A stretch of 64,000 bases of DNA from Nitrospirota bacterium (GTDB taxonomy: Bacteria > Nitrospirota > UBA9217), in the NCBI GenBank assembly GCA_963790205.1, contig CAWBNQ010000008.1:128001-192000 (forward strand), read 5' to 3'. A program made the position numbers and the translations under genes. Shown piece by piece: positions 18,943 to 30,868 of this stretch. The notes under the pieces were generated by a model. The model did no database searches. It worked only from the letters and a program-made list of their open reading frames with translations, and was not told the DNA's origin. Positions within the stretch are counted from its first letter, which is position 1, and each line of letters starts with the position of its first letter.

Positions 18943-19743
18943 ATGCCCACGATCATAATCTTCACCGACCTCGACGGGACCCTGCTCCATCCGAGGACAT
19001 ATTCCTTCGATGAGGCGCGTTCTGCGCTTGAATTGATACGTCGTCGGGACATTCCTCTCGTCCTTTGTTCCAGCAAGACCAGGGCTGAGGTTGAAGTCTA
19101 CCGTCGCAGGCTTGCGAACGATCATCCCTTTATTTCCGAGAACGGAGGCGGCGTATTCATTCCTGAAGGGTATTTTCCCTCTGCCGTCGACGGCAAAATA
19201 CAGGCCGGCTACCGGCTTATCTGTTTCGGGAGTCCGTACCAGGAGCTTCGGAACACGCTGACGGACCTGCGGGAACGGCTGTCGATCAAGGTCAGGGGAT
19301 TCGGCGACATGTCTGCACAGGAGATCGCATTCATTTCGGGCCTGAGCGAATCGGAAGCCGCTCTCGCAAAGATGCGCGACTTCGACGAACCGTTCATTTT
19401 TGAAGGAAGCGGCGCACAGGCGGATGTTTTTTTGCAGGCAATCGAAGCCCGGGGATACCGCTGGACCAGGGGGGCATTTTATCACATCACCGGCGAGAAC
19501 GACAAAGGCAGGGCGGCGACATTCCTGAACGATCTATACGAAAAAAAGTACGGCCCGATACTGACCATCGGGATCGGCGACAGCCTGAATGATCTTCCGC
19601 TCCTGCGAGCGGTTGATCTTCCGGTCCTGGTTCAGAAGGAGAACGGGACGTACGAGGAGGGGATCACCCTGCCCAATCTTAAACGGGCGGACGGCATCGG
19701 TCCCGGGGGGTGGAACCGCATGATCATGAGTCTTCTGTCATGA
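18943..19743 (+). CDS. Mannosyl/glucosyl-3-phosphoglycerate phosphatase (HAD IIB)
   Basis: FTDLDGTLL, CSSKTRAE, ENGG and GIGDSLND motifs; sits in the compatible-solute cluster. Confidence 0.88.
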   Translation: MPTIIIFTDLDGTLLHPRTYSFDEARSALELIRRRDIPLVLCSSKTRAEVEVYRRRLANDHPFISENGGGVFIPEGYFPSAVDGKIQAGYRLICFGSPYQELRNTLTDLRERLSIKVRGFGDMSAQEIAFISGLSESEAALAKMRDFDEPFIFEGSGAQADVFLQAIEARGYRWTRGAFYHITGENDKGRAATFLNDLYEKKYGPILTIGIGDSLNDLPLLRAVDLPVLVQKENGTYEEGITLPNLKRADGIGPGGWNRMIMSLLS

Positions 19744-21086
19744 AAAGAGCGGAACTTATCGATATCTATCAGTCGGCTCTCAAGGCGGCCGATCCCTATC
19801 GTGCCGTGATGGACCACCTGCTCCTGACCGGCGACATGCTTTCCGCCGCCGGTGTCGAATATGACCTGAAAGGCTTCAGCAAGATCGTCGTCATCGGCGC
19901 GGGAAAAGGGACAGCGCCCATGGCCCGGGCAGTGGAGGACATTCTCGGCGACCGGATCAAAGAGGGGATCATTGTGGTCAAGTACGGCCATACAGGGCCT
20001 TTACGCAAAATCGTTCAGAGAGAAGCGGCGCACCCCTTGCCTGATGAAGCGGGACTGCATGCGACAGCGGAGATCAGGGAACTGCTCAAAAAAGCGGGAG
20101 AAGAGACCCTCGTTATCTGCCTTCTTTCCGGCGGAGCTTCTTCACTCCTCGTTGCGCCCGCGGACGGCGTTACTCTGAACGATAAACGGGCGATAACGGA
20201 CCTGCTTCTTTCCGCAGGCGCGGATATCCAGGAGCTGAACACGGTGAGAAAACATATTTCTGCTGTAAAAGGCGGAAGGCTTGCGGAAACCGCATATCCT
20301 GCTACAATTATTACCATGGTCCTTTCCGATGTGATTGGCGACAGGCTTGATGTCATTGCCTCCGGCCCTACCGTCCCCGACAGCACGGGCTTCAGGGACG
20401 CGCTGAGTGTGGTCCATAAGTATACCCTCGAAGAAAAAATTCCGTACAGCGTATTCAGCCTGCTGCACGCGGGTGCGGCAGGCGTGATCCCGGACACGCC
20501 GAAAAGCGGGGCCGTTTTTTTTAAAAAAACGCGGAACATCATCGTCGGGAGCATACGTCAGTCCCTTGATGCGGCTCGAGAGAAGGCGGCGGAACTGGGG
20601 TTCAAGCCCCAGCTCCTGACGTCCGAACTGCAAGGAGAGGCGCGCGAAGCTGCCCGCTTTCTGGCGCAGACCGCCCTCTTGGCACGGGACAGGATGAAGG
20701 CCGAAGAGCGGCGATGCCTGCTTTCGGGCGGAGAGACCACGGTCACGGTCCGGGGAACGGGGAAGGGCGGCAGAAACCAGGAAGTGGCCCTCGCCTTTGC
20801 CTTGGAGACCGAAGGAAGAGGCGGGATTTCGCTGCTTTCAGCGGGTACGGACGGAACGGACGGCCCGACGGACGCGGCCGGCGCACTCGTCGACGGGTCA
20901 ACGGCGCGCAAAGCCCGGGAACTCGGCGTCCACCCGGAAACTTATTTGTCGAACAACGATTCTTATACGTTTTTCAGCAGGCTCGACGAACTTTCGGGAG
21001 AACGATATCATCTCAAGACCGGCCCAACGGGAACGAACGTGATGGACATGCAGATTCTCATGATTGAGAGCACGGAAACGGTTTAA
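19740..21086 (+). CDS. Glycerate 2-kinase (MOFRL family)
   Basis: GAGKG, LLSGGASSL, SGGETTV, GGRNQE, GTDGTDG and TGPTGTNVMD motifs. Confidence 0.92.
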   Translation: MKRAELIDIYQSALKAADPYRAVMDHLLLTGDMLSAAGVEYDLKGFSKIVVIGAGKGTAPMARAVEDILGDRIKEGIIVVKYGHTGPLRKIVQREAAHPLPDEAGLHATAEIRELLKKAGEETLVICLLSGGASSLLVAPADGVTLNDKRAITDLLLSAGADIQELNTVRKHISAVKGGRLAETAYPATIITMVLSDVIGDRLDVIASGPTVPDSTGFRDALSVVHKYTLEEKIPYSVFSLLHAGAAGVIPDTPKSGAVFFKKTRNIIVGSIRQSLDAAREKAAELGFKPQLLTSELQGEAREAARFLAQTALLARDRMKAEERRCLLSGGETTVTVRGTGKGGRNQEVALAFALETEGRGGISLLSAGTDGTDGPTDAAGALVDGSTARKARELGVHPETYLSNNDSYTFFSRLDELSGERYHLKTGPTGTNVMDMQILMIESTETV

Positions 21087-21091
21087 GCCTG

Positions 21092-22351
21092 ATGCCTACC
21101 ATTCTTGAAAGAAAAGAAGTGCTTGAGCAGATCGGGAAGATCAAGACCGCCGACATCGTGGTGGGTATCCCGAGTTTCAACAATGCGGGAACGATCGGCC
21201 ACGTCGTCCGCGCGGTCCAGGCAGGACTTGCGAAATATTTTCCCGGCAAAAAGAGCGTATTGGTAAACTCCGACGGAGGTTCCAAGGACGACACGCTCGC
21301 GGTGGTGCGGAACACGTCCATCGAAGATTACGCCTCTATCCTTCTGCACCACCGCGTGGAGCCTGTGTTCAAGATTGCAACCTCGTATTCAGGGATCCCG
21401 GGCAAGGGGAGCGCCTTTCGCACCATCTTTGAGATCGCCGAGGCATTGGATGCGAAAGCATGCGTTGTCGTCGACTCGGACCTCAGGAGCATCACGCCAG
21501 AATGGATCGAACTCCTCGTGAAACCCGTGCTGGAGGACGGGTTCGATTATGTCGCTCCCCTGTATCACCGGCATAAATATGACGGCACTATCACGAACAG
21601 CATCGTTTACCCGCTCACCAGGGCGCTCTACGGCAAACGTGTGCGCCAGCCCATTGGCGGCGACTTCGGCTTCTCGGGCAGGCTCTCCAAATTTTATCTC
21701 ACCAAGGATGTCTGGCAAACCGACGTCGCCCGGTTCGGCATCGACATCTGGATGACGACGACGGCCCTCGCGAACCGGTTCAAGGTCACCCAGTCCTTTC
21801 TCGGAGCCAAGATCCACGATATCAAGGACCCCGGCTCCGACCTGAGCGCCATGCTCTACCAGGTGGTCGGCGCAACGTTCGAACTTATGGAGACCTATCA
21901 TGATGTCTGGAAACCGGTCCGCGGGTCCGAGCCGGTGTCCGCCTTCGGATTTGAATACACGGTCGGCCTCGAACAGGTCAAGGTGAATACGGGCCGGATG
22001 CTGAACGTATTCCGGGAAGGCCTCAACAACCTCCGCGAGCTGTGGATCGATGTTCTCGGGGCCGGCGACTTCAGGGAGCTGGAAAGGACCGGAACGCTGG
22101 CGGACAAGGAGTTCAGATTCCCTCCCGCGCTCTGGACGCGGGTCATCTATGATTACGCCATAGCCTATCATAAGAAGAAACTGCCGGCCGAGCATCTGAT
22201 AAAGTCCCTGACGCCGCTCTACCTCGGAAAGACCGCGTCGTTCATCATCGAGGCTGAGCAGATGGGCCAGCGGGACGCGGAGGCCGAGATCGAAAAACTC
22301 TGCATGGAGTTTGAGAACAGCAAGGACTATCTTGTCAACAACTGGAAATAA
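21092..22351 (+). CDS. Glucosylglycerate synthase-like glycosyltransferase (Ggs/Mgs-type, single-step)
   Basis: VGIPSFNNAGTI, DGGSKD, GKGSAFR, VDSDLRS, RQPIGGDFG and FGIDIWMTT motifs. Confidence 0.8.
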   Translation: MPTILERKEVLEQIGKIKTADIVVGIPSFNNAGTIGHVVRAVQAGLAKYFPGKKSVLVNSDGGSKDDTLAVVRNTSIEDYASILLHHRVEPVFKIATSYSGIPGKGSAFRTIFEIAEALDAKACVVVDSDLRSITPEWIELLVKPVLEDGFDYVAPLYHRHKYDGTITNSIVYPLTRALYGKRVRQPIGGDFGFSGRLSKFYLTKDVWQTDVARFGIDIWMTTTALANRFKVTQSFLGAKIHDIKDPGSDLSAMLYQVVGATFELMETYHDVWKPVRGSEPVSAFGFEYTVGLEQVKVNTGRMLNVFREGLNNLRELWIDVLGAGDFRELERTGTLADKEFRFPPALWTRVIYDYAIAYHKKKLPAEHLIKSLTPLYLGKTASFIIEAEQMGQRDAEAEIEKLCMEFENSKDYLVNNWK

Positions 22352-22368
22352 TCCCCGGGAGGTGCGCC

Positions 22369-23073
22369 ATGATGGATTTTCTGAACCTGATACTCGAACC
22401 ATTGCAGGACGTGTTTCTCAAGATCAAGCAGTTCCTGCCGAACCTGCTGGCCATGCTGGTCATTCTTATCATCGGGATCCTCGTTGCCCGCCTGCTGCGG
22501 GCGGTCCTCGTGAGATTTCTGACGGCGATCAAGTTTGACAGCTGGTCCGACCGGACGGGTGTGACGACGCTCATGCGCAAGGGTGATCTGTGGGCCAAAC
22601 CCTCTCTCGCGCTCGGCTCGATCCTGTTCTGGATCCTGGTCATCGTTGCGCTGATGATGGGTATGAGCGCGCTCAAGATCCACGCCGTCGACCAGCTGGT
22701 AATGCAGTTTTTTATGTATCTGCCCCGCGCCTTTTCCGCGATCCTGATCCTGATCATCGGCTATGTGCTCGCCGGGTTCGTCGGCCGGGCGGTGCTGATC
22801 GCCGCGGTGAACAGCGGGTACCACTATGCCAAGCTCCTCGCCGAAGCGATACGGCTCCTGCTGACGGTCCTGATCATGGCCATGGTGCTGGAGCAGCTCC
22901 AGGTCGCGCCGGGGATCGTGCTCGCCGCCTTCTCGATCATCTTCGGCGGGATCGTGGCGGCCCTGGCCATATCGTTCGGCGTGGGGGGCATTGATGCGGC
23001 GAAACGGATGATCGAGCGGGAGACCGTGGAAAAACGCGCGACCGGTGCGAAGGAAGATATCGAGCATATATAA
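22369..23073 (+). CDS. Small-conductance mechanosensitive channel-related TM-helix repeat protein
   Basis: Two repeats of [F/Y]LP..L..[IL]ILIIG; ends ALAISFGVGG. Confidence 0.75.
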   Translation: MMDFLNLILEPLQDVFLKIKQFLPNLLAMLVILIIGILVARLLRAVLVRFLTAIKFDSWSDRTGVTTLMRKGDLWAKPSLALGSILFWILVIVALMMGMSALKIHAVDQLVMQFFMYLPRAFSAILILIIGYVLAGFVGRAVLIAAVNSGYHYAKLLAEAIRLLLTVLIMAMVLEQLQVAPGIVLAAFSIIFGGIVAALAISFGVGGIDAAKRMIERETVEKRATGAKEDIEHI

Positions 23074-23098
23074 TATAAGGCAAGCACCCGGCGCGAGG

Positions 23099-23220
23099 CA
23101 AATCCCAAATGACAAGCAACAAAATTCAAACAAGCTCCAAGTACCAAGCGGCAAATTCTAAATGTTTTGAAAATTGATCATTGGAATTTATTTTGGATTT
23201 GGAACTTGAGATTTGGAATT
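23099..23220. repeat. Intergenic inverted element with 7-bp periodic arms (CAANNNN / TTGNNNN)
   Basis: CAAATCC CAAATGA CAAGCAA CAAAATT...CAAGCTC CAAGTAC versus TTGAAAA TTGATCA TTGGAAT...TTGGAAC TTGAGAT TTGGAAT. Confidence 0.85.
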
Positions 23221-23237
23221 CCCACGAGGGGGTTTTC

Positions 23238-24446
23238 ATGGCTGACTTCTACCAGACCGGAATCATCACCACGCTTCACCGGCTCGGCAAACCGTCGCTT
23301 GAACGGATCGAAGGGGAACTGATGCAATTCTCGCGGACCCGTCCCGTCGCGCTGGTCCTTCCCGCCCTCTATTCTGAGTTCGAGGGGCCGGCCATGCCGA
23401 AGATCGTTGAGGAACTGGCAAAGGTGAAGTATCTTTGCGAGCTCGTGCTCGTGCTGGACAAGGCATCGGACAACGAGTTCCAGCGTGTCAGGGAACTTAT
23501 GGCCCCCATCCCGGGCAGCGTCAGGATCATCCACAATGACGGCAAACGGGTCATGGAGATCTACGATACGTTCAAGCGGAACGGACTGGAGGTCGGCGAG
23601 CGCGGAAAGGGGCGGTCCGCCTGGCTGGCCTACGGGTACGTGATTGCGAACGGCAAGTGCGACGTGATCGCGCTCCATGATTGCGACATCGTGGGCTATA
23701 GCAGGGAACTCCTCGCGCGGCTGTGTTATCCCGTGGCTAATCCGGGCCTGGACTATGTTTTTTGCAAAGGATACTACAGCAGGGTGACGAACAAGATGCA
23801 CGGCCGCGTCACCCGTCTCTTGGTGACGCCGCTCGTTCGCTCGCTCCAGAACCTGGGAGGGGAACACCTGTTCCTCAAGTTCATTGACAGCTTCCGCTAC
23901 CCTCTTGCCGGCGAGTTCGCAATGAGCACAGATATGGCGAGGGTCAACCGGATTCCCTGGGACTGGGGGCTCGAGGTAGGCTCCCTCGCAGAGGTGTACC
24001 GCAACTACTCGCCGCGGCGTGTGTGCCAGGTGGACATAGCAGAAACCTACGAGCACAAACACCAGGCCCTCTCGTCCGAAGACCCTCAGAAGGGCTTGAT
24101 GAAGATGGCCGTGGACATCTGCAAGTCCATCTTCCGGACGCTCGCTTCGGAAGGCGTCGTCTTCTCCGACGGTTTTTTCAAGTCCCTGTCCGTGGCTTAT
24201 CTGCGCCTGGCCGAAGACACGATCATGAAGTACGAGGCCGACGCGGCCATCAACGGCCTCGAGTTCGACCGGCACGAGGAAGCAAAGGCCGTGGAGGCGT
24301 TCACGCGTGCGATCTCCCTGGCAGCCCAGAACTTCATGGAGAATCCGATGGGTTCTCCGCTCATCCCGAACTGGAACCGGGTGACCTCTGCCATTCCGGG
24401 CATCCTGGATATGCTCAAGAAAGCGGTGGACGAGGACAATCGATGA
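23238..24446 (+). CDS. gpgS: Glucosyl-3-phosphoglycerate synthase
   Basis: MADFYQTGIITTLH, LPALYSE, GKGRSAW, LHDCDI, CKGYYSR, GRVTRL, YPLAGEF and DWGLEVG motifs. Confidence 0.85.
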   Translation: MADFYQTGIITTLHRLGKPSLERIEGELMQFSRTRPVALVLPALYSEFEGPAMPKIVEELAKVKYLCELVLVLDKASDNEFQRVRELMAPIPGSVRIIHNDGKRVMEIYDTFKRNGLEVGERGKGRSAWLAYGYVIANGKCDVIALHDCDIVGYSRELLARLCYPVANPGLDYVFCKGYYSRVTNKMHGRVTRLLVTPLVRSLQNLGGEHLFLKFIDSFRYPLAGEFAMSTDMARVNRIPWDWGLEVGSLAEVYRNYSPRRVCQVDIAETYEHKHQALSSEDPQKGLMKMAVDICKSIFRTLASEGVVFSDGFFKSLSVAYLRLAEDTIMKYEADAAINGLEFDRHEEAKAVEAFTRAISLAAQNFMENPMGSPLIPNWNRVTSAIPGILDMLKKAVDEDNR

Positions 24447-24647
24447 AACCTCGCGCCAGCTTGGCGGGAATCTGATTTTTGGTTGCGAAAAAATTAAGGC
24501 ATTGTTCCCCCTCCCTGACGGGTCTGTTTGTAGGCATACAATACCCCTCAGCGGGAAGGAAATTGCGTCGGTGAGGTCTTTGTCATCGCCGCTTTTGGAA
24601 AGGGGCCGCCGTGTTCGGCGACCCCTGGAAACTATCCCTGTCCTTAC

Positions 24648-25163
24648 CTAATCCTCGTCGTGTCTGCCCCTGCCGTGACCTCTTCCTCGGCCCGGGCCGC
24701 CGCGCTCGCCTCTTTCGCCCCTGCGATTGTCCCAGTGGCGTTCCCGCTCCCAGCCCCGCCAGTTTTTCTGGACCATGCCGTACGGCATACGTTCATGTCC
24801 GGGTGGCATGCGGCGGAACGCGGGCGGCACCTTAAAGAGGGCGCGAGGCACGAACCTGGGGCCGACGGTGCGCCACGGTCCATTATAGCCGTTGGCGATA
24901 TACCACCCTCCCCGGTACGGGCGATACCAATACCCGTGGTAAAAGAAAATGTCCACGTCGACATCGGGTGGATAATACACATACGTACCGGGGATCACGA
25001 TCAGGGGGGGCGGCGCCGGTATGACCAGCCCGGGCAGGGGGATGTTAATATTGACGCTCACCTCCGCATTGCCCGTTGCCGGAGACAAGAGGCCGAATAC
25101 CAGAAACATGGTACAAACAGCGAACGCGCTCATTAATAATCTTCTTGCCAAACTCTTCATCAT
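24648..25163 (-). CDS. Exported Pro/aromatic-rich hypothetical protein with an Arg/Gly-rich tail
   Basis: Signal peptide, VSVNINIP..PPP, FFYHGYWY and YNGPW. Confidence 0.75.
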   Translation of the reverse strand: MMKSLARRLLMSAFAVCTMFLVFGLLSPATGNAEVSVNINIPLPGLVIPAPPPLIVIPGTYVYYPPDVDVDIFFYHGYWYRPYRGGWYIANGYNGPWRTVGPRFVPRALFKVPPAFRRMPPGHERMPYGMVQKNWRGWERERHWDNRRGERGERGGPGRGRGHGRGRHDED

Positions 25164-25592
25164 GCAATCTCCTTTCGCGCTTCATTTTCTTTTGACACCG
25201 GAAAAGAATATTAGTTTACAATATAAACATAAACGACGTGGATATATAGAGAATATCTTCTTTTTTTATTATTACATATATAGGCATTTTTTGCAAGATA
25301 GTGTCAATATGAGTGTGTTGCAATTTTCACTATAAAATTTTTTTCAACCTACCTGTGACAAAAGAAGTTTTTTTCAGTTTTGATCGTGCATCTAAGGGCG
25401 CACAAAAAATTTATCACAATCTTTCATAAGAACTCTCAGGCAGGCAACGCATTTTATTCCCTGGGTATACTCTGCAGCCATGACTTCCTGTCCAGAGCTG
25501 TCATTAATGTAGGATATCCTTCAGTCCATTGAGGCATAGGCTCCATCAGTTACAATGCGCTCTGGGAACTATGTGATTTAGCAGAGGAAAAA

Positions 25593-25609
25593 TCGGCACG
25601 TGAAATGCA
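25593..25609 (+). promoter_or_regulatory. Sigma54-type -24/-12 promoter
   Basis: TCGGCACGTGAAATGCA: GG-N10-GC, close to the TGGCACG-N4-TTGC consensus. Confidence 0.55.
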
Positions 25610-25665
25610 TCCGTTTGTAGAGGTAAATGAATTTTTTAGCAATTAAACTGAGGGGGATTGGAATC

Positions 25666-26064
25666 ATGAAAAAGAGCTTTTTGATGGTATTGGTTGTTGC
25701 AATGGCGTTGCCGCTGATCACAGGCTGTTCAAAAGGGTATGTGTCGCAAAAAACGGAGGACAGCATGAGCATCACGCTCAAGGCAGACCGGTATCCGCTG
25801 GTCAAGGGAGACAATAATTTGTCCGTGAGCATTGCCGATGCGAGCGGGAAAACCGTGACCGATGCCGCAGTACAGGTGCGTTACTATATGCCGCCTATGC
25901 CTGGTATGGCACCTATGGAATTCAACGCTGCAACCCAGGCGAAAGGCGGCGGATATGCATGCACCGCCAACATCCCGATGGAGGGAGGTTGGAAGATCGA
26001 TGCAACAGTGACGCAGCCGGGGAAACCGGCGGTTACCGCAACATTTAATGTTGATGCGCGGTAG
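25666..26064 (+). CDS. FixH/YtkA-like lipoprotein
   Basis: Lipobox ITGC; YYMPPMPGMAPM and IPMEGGW. Confidence 0.8.
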   Translation: MKKSFLMVLVVAMALPLITGCSKGYVSQKTEDSMSITLKADRYPLVKGDNNLSVSIADASGKTVTDAAVQVRYYMPPMPGMAPMEFNAATQAKGGGYACTANIPMEGGWKIDATVTQPGKPAVTATFNVDAR

Positions 26065-26100
26065 GATTTGGATCTCTGAGGGCATCAAGGGAGGTTCATC

Positions 26101-26343
26101 ATGATGAATTGGGGAAACTGGGGTGGTTACGGATGGGGCATGGGGTTCGGCTGGGTATTCATGGTCCTCTTCTGGGCACTGGTTATTCTCGGGATCGTGT
26201 ATATCGTCCAGACAATATCGCGGAGGGCCGGCCAGTCACGGCCGGAAGAGGCGCCCCTCGATATTCTGAAGAAGAGATACGCGAAAGGAGAAATCACCAA
26301 AGAGGAATTCGAGCGAATGAAGGACGACCTCATGAAAAAATGA
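26101..26343 (+). CDS. SHOCT-domain membrane protein
   Basis: GWGMGFGW plus a TM segment and PLDILKKRYAKGEITKEEFERMK. Confidence 0.9.
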   Translation: MMNWGNWGGYGWGMGFGWVFMVLFWALVILGIVYIVQTISRRAGQSRPEEAPLDILKKRYAKGEITKEEFERMKDDLMKK

Positions 26344-26354
26344 AGGGGTAAAGA

Positions 26355-26524
26355 GATGCACCGGGATCCTGCTCCATCTGCGGCATGGAGCTTTGGCTGC
26401 GGGAGTGTGCTCTACCCGTTCCTCGGTATTCTCTTAAGCCCGATCTTCGCCGCGACGGCAATGAGCTTCAGCTCCGTGTCGGTCATCGGGAACGCTTCTG
26501 CGGCTCCGAAGGACGAAGATATGA
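26355..26524 (+). pseudogene. copA: Internally deleted Cu-type P1B ATPase remnant
   Basis: The N-terminal metal-binding motif DAPGSCSICGMEL is joined, across frames, to the C-terminal VLYPFLGILLSPIFAATAMSFSSVSVIGNA/LRLRRTKI*. Confidence 0.75.
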
Positions 26525-26806
26525 AAGACAGCACTAACCCACATTCCGTTTCCCCGAAGAGGAGGGCCAGGGATCTTGGGAAAAGGGGGGATCTGCCTGT
26601 TCATGGTGATCGCTTCACTGAGGGCCATTTTAGCACCCGTATTCGTATGGGGAGAGGGGAAAAAACAGACATTAAAGAATGAATACCGATGATAATGGGC
26701 CATAATCGATGTCTTGTATCAAATATCTTTATTATAAAAAGGAGGGATGACCTGATATGGCAAAAAAGCGTGTAAGGACATGTCTGCCGCATACGTGATA
26801 CTGTAT

Positions 26807-27271
26807 TCAGTCCACCTCGCCGAACACCGACGGCTCTTTCTTCACCAGAAAGATGGAGCACGGCATTCTCCGCACGATTTCTTCATTACTACGTCCGAAC
26901 AGAAAGTGCTCCATCCGGCCTTCCTCGTGCGCGAGCATGATGAGGAGGTCGATATCCTCCTCCTTGACGACTTCCAGGACAACGGCCGTGGGCTCTCCCT
27001 CCCTGATTATTTCTTCTATGGCCATCCCTTTGTCCCGCTCTGCGTTGATCGCGGCGTCGATAGCCTCCTTGCTTTTTTGGAGAAGTATCCCAAAGTCCCG
27101 TTCAAAGGGCGGCAGGTTCCATCCCTCAAGCCCGAAGGGATTATGCACGACATGCATCACGTAGAGCGCAGCGCCGTATCGTTTCGCAATTGAGATGCCG
27201 TAATGCACCGCCTTCCGGCAGTGCGCGGTCAACCTGCTCACGACGAGAATCCGTTTGATGTCGTCCATCAT
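26807..27271 (-). CDS. Universal stress protein
   Basis: KRILVV...GEP...IDLLIM...LFG...PCSIFLVK. Confidence 0.92.
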   Translation of the reverse strand: MMDDIKRILVVSRLTAHCRKAVHYGISIAKRYGAALYVMHVVHNPFGLEGWNLPPFERDFGILLQKSKEAIDAAINAERDKGMAIEEIIREGEPTAVVLEVVKEEDIDLLIMLAHEEGRMEHFLFGRSNEEIVRRMPCSIFLVKKEPSVFGEVD

Positions 27272-27325
27272 ATCCTCCTTAATAGGGAATTCGCATGAAA
27301 GATCTCCTGGGCGGGTGAATAGACG

Positions 27326-27784
27326 TCAGGCCGGACCCTGCTCCGCCTTCACCAGGAGCACGGAACAGGGCATTGTTCTGATGAGCTCATCAGTGCAATG
27401 TCCGAACAGCACGTGTTCAAGGCGGCCCTCCTCATGAGCAGCCATGATGATGAGATCGATATGCTCATCTTTGACGACCTCCGATATCACCTCGACGGGG
27501 TCTTCCTCCTTGATCAATTCCGTTATTTTCAGGCCCTTCTCCTTTTCCACGTTGATGACCGTATCGATATCTTCCTTGTTCTTCACGAGCAGTTTTTTAT
27601 AATCTTCCGCAATGACCCACACCGGAATCGACGGCGGCAGCTCAAATGCGAACGGGTCGTGCGTGCAGTGGATAAAATAAAGCTCCGCGCCGTATTTTTT
27701 CGCGAGCGAGATGCCGTAATGCACGGCCTTTTTGCAGAAAGAGGTCATTCTGCTCACGACAAGGATGCGTTTGACATCGTCCAT
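27326..27784 (-). CDS. Universal stress protein (paralogue)
   Basis: Same USP signature; tandem paralogue of 26807-27271. Confidence 0.92.
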   Translation of the reverse strand: MDDVKRILVVSRMTSFCKKAVHYGISLAKKYGAELYFIHCTHDPFAFELPPSIPVWVIAEDYKKLLVKNKEDIDTVINVEKEKGLKITELIKEEDPVEVISEVVKDEHIDLIIMAAHEEGRLEHVLFGHCTDELIRTMPCSVLLVKAEQGPA

Positions 27785-27842
27785 GGTTTTCTCCTCCGGC
27801 GCTGCCCTGACGGAAAGCGTTTATTCCCTGTCAATACTATAA

Positions 27843-29730
<1,888 letters not shown>

Positions 29731-29734
<4 letters not shown>

Positions 29735-30021
29735 AGCCCGAAAGCGACAACAGACGATTCCCCCGGGAAGTCGATAAATCCGCCCGGGAACTGATCAAGG
29801 CCCGCCGGGAGAAAAGGACGTTCTGGCGCTACGTCTATCTCCTGGGGGCCGGGGGCTGGCTGTTCGTCATCCCCGTGGTTGGCGGCGCGTATCTCGGGAA
29901 GTACCTCGACGGGAAATTCGGAGGCAAGGGGATTTCCTGGACGCTTACGTTCCTCGTTCTCGGAATTGTCCTCGGCGTCTATAATGTCTGGCGTTTCTTT
30001 ACCAGGGAGTTTCGGCCATGA
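29731..30021 (+). CDS. atpQ: N-ATPase AtpQ (AtpZ/AtpI-like)
   Basis: GWLFVIPVVGGAYLGKYLD...SWTLTFL; located after atpC. Confidence 0.85.
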
Positions 30022-30686
30022 ATCGCCTCGCGGTCTTTCCGGAAACCGTTTTTTCCGTCGGTCCGGTGCAGGTCACCGACACGGTCATCTTCACCTGGGT
30101 CGTCATGACCGTCATTGTCCTCACGTCCTGGCTGCTGACCAGGCGGCTTTCCGCCGACCGACCGACGCTCATACAGGAGATGCTCGAGGCCGGGTTCGAG
30201 GCCGTTGAAAAGACCGTACAGGAGGTCGTGCCGTTCGACCCCTGGCTCGTCGTGCCCCTGCTCGGCACGCTCTGGATCCTCATCGGCTTCTCGAACCTCG
30301 TGGGGCTTGTGCCCGGAATAAAGACGCCGACTGCGGACATCAACACGACCTTCGCCTTTGCCGTCCTTTCCTATGCGGCGGCCCACGCCGTGGGAATTGC
30401 GAACCAGGGGTTCCGGAAATACCTGGCGCATTACGGGAGACCCACGTGGATCGTGCTGCCGTTCCACCTCGTCGCGGAGGTCACGAGGACCGTCGCGCTT
30501 GCCGTGCGGCTCTTCGGGAACATGCTGAGCGGCGACATGGTGGCCGTCATCATTCTCGGGATCGCCGGGCTGCTTGCGCCGGTGCCCTTTGCGCTGCTCC
30601 ATATCGTCATCGGCCTCATCCAGGCTTATATCTTCGGCGTGCTGACCCTCGTGTTCATCGCGGGCGGGTTCGGTGAGGAAGAGTAG
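30018..30686 (+). CDS. atpB: N-ATPase a subunit
   Basis: PTADINTT, RTVALAVRLFGNM and IQAYIF motifs. Confidence 0.95.
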   Translation: MNRLAVFPETVFSVGPVQVTDTVIFTWVVMTVIVLTSWLLTRRLSADRPTLIQEMLEAGFEAVEKTVQEVVPFDPWLVVPLLGTLWILIGFSNLVGLVPGIKTPTADINTTFAFAVLSYAAAHAVGIANQGFRKYLAHYGRPTWIVLPFHLVAEVTRTVALAVRLFGNMLSGDMVAVIILGIAGLLAPVPFALLHIVIGLIQAYIFGVLTLVFIAGGFGEEE

Positions 30687-30703
30687 ACCCGGAAAGAACT
30701 GTT

Positions 30704-30837
30704 TAGCCACAAAAGGCACATAAATAAACCAAAGAACCAAGTGTCTCTATGTAATAAGCACATCACAATGAAGATGATTCTTGTTTCTGTGTTGTGAAGT
30801 TGTTTTTCTTTTGTGAATTTTGTGCCCTCTGTGGCCA
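30704..30837. repeat. Intergenic inverted element with 9-bp periodic arms between atpB and atpE
   Basis: GCCACAAAAGGCACATAAAT ... TTTTGTGAATTTTGTGCCCTCTGTGGC, with an AT-rich spacer. Confidence 0.8.
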
Positions 30838-30868
30838 ATTGCTGCTTTAAGCATGAAAGGAGCACCAG

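Noticed and set aside
24505..24560. REP-like hairpin (also the purine-rich stretch at 26540-26600)
   Set aside because: Too degenerate to distinguish from a terminator between convergent genes.
25480..25560. Fluoride riboswitch on the minus strand (GATGG...CCTAC)
   Set aside because: The P1 stem and the conserved TGATGAC segment are missing, and neither CLC has fluoride-type motifs.
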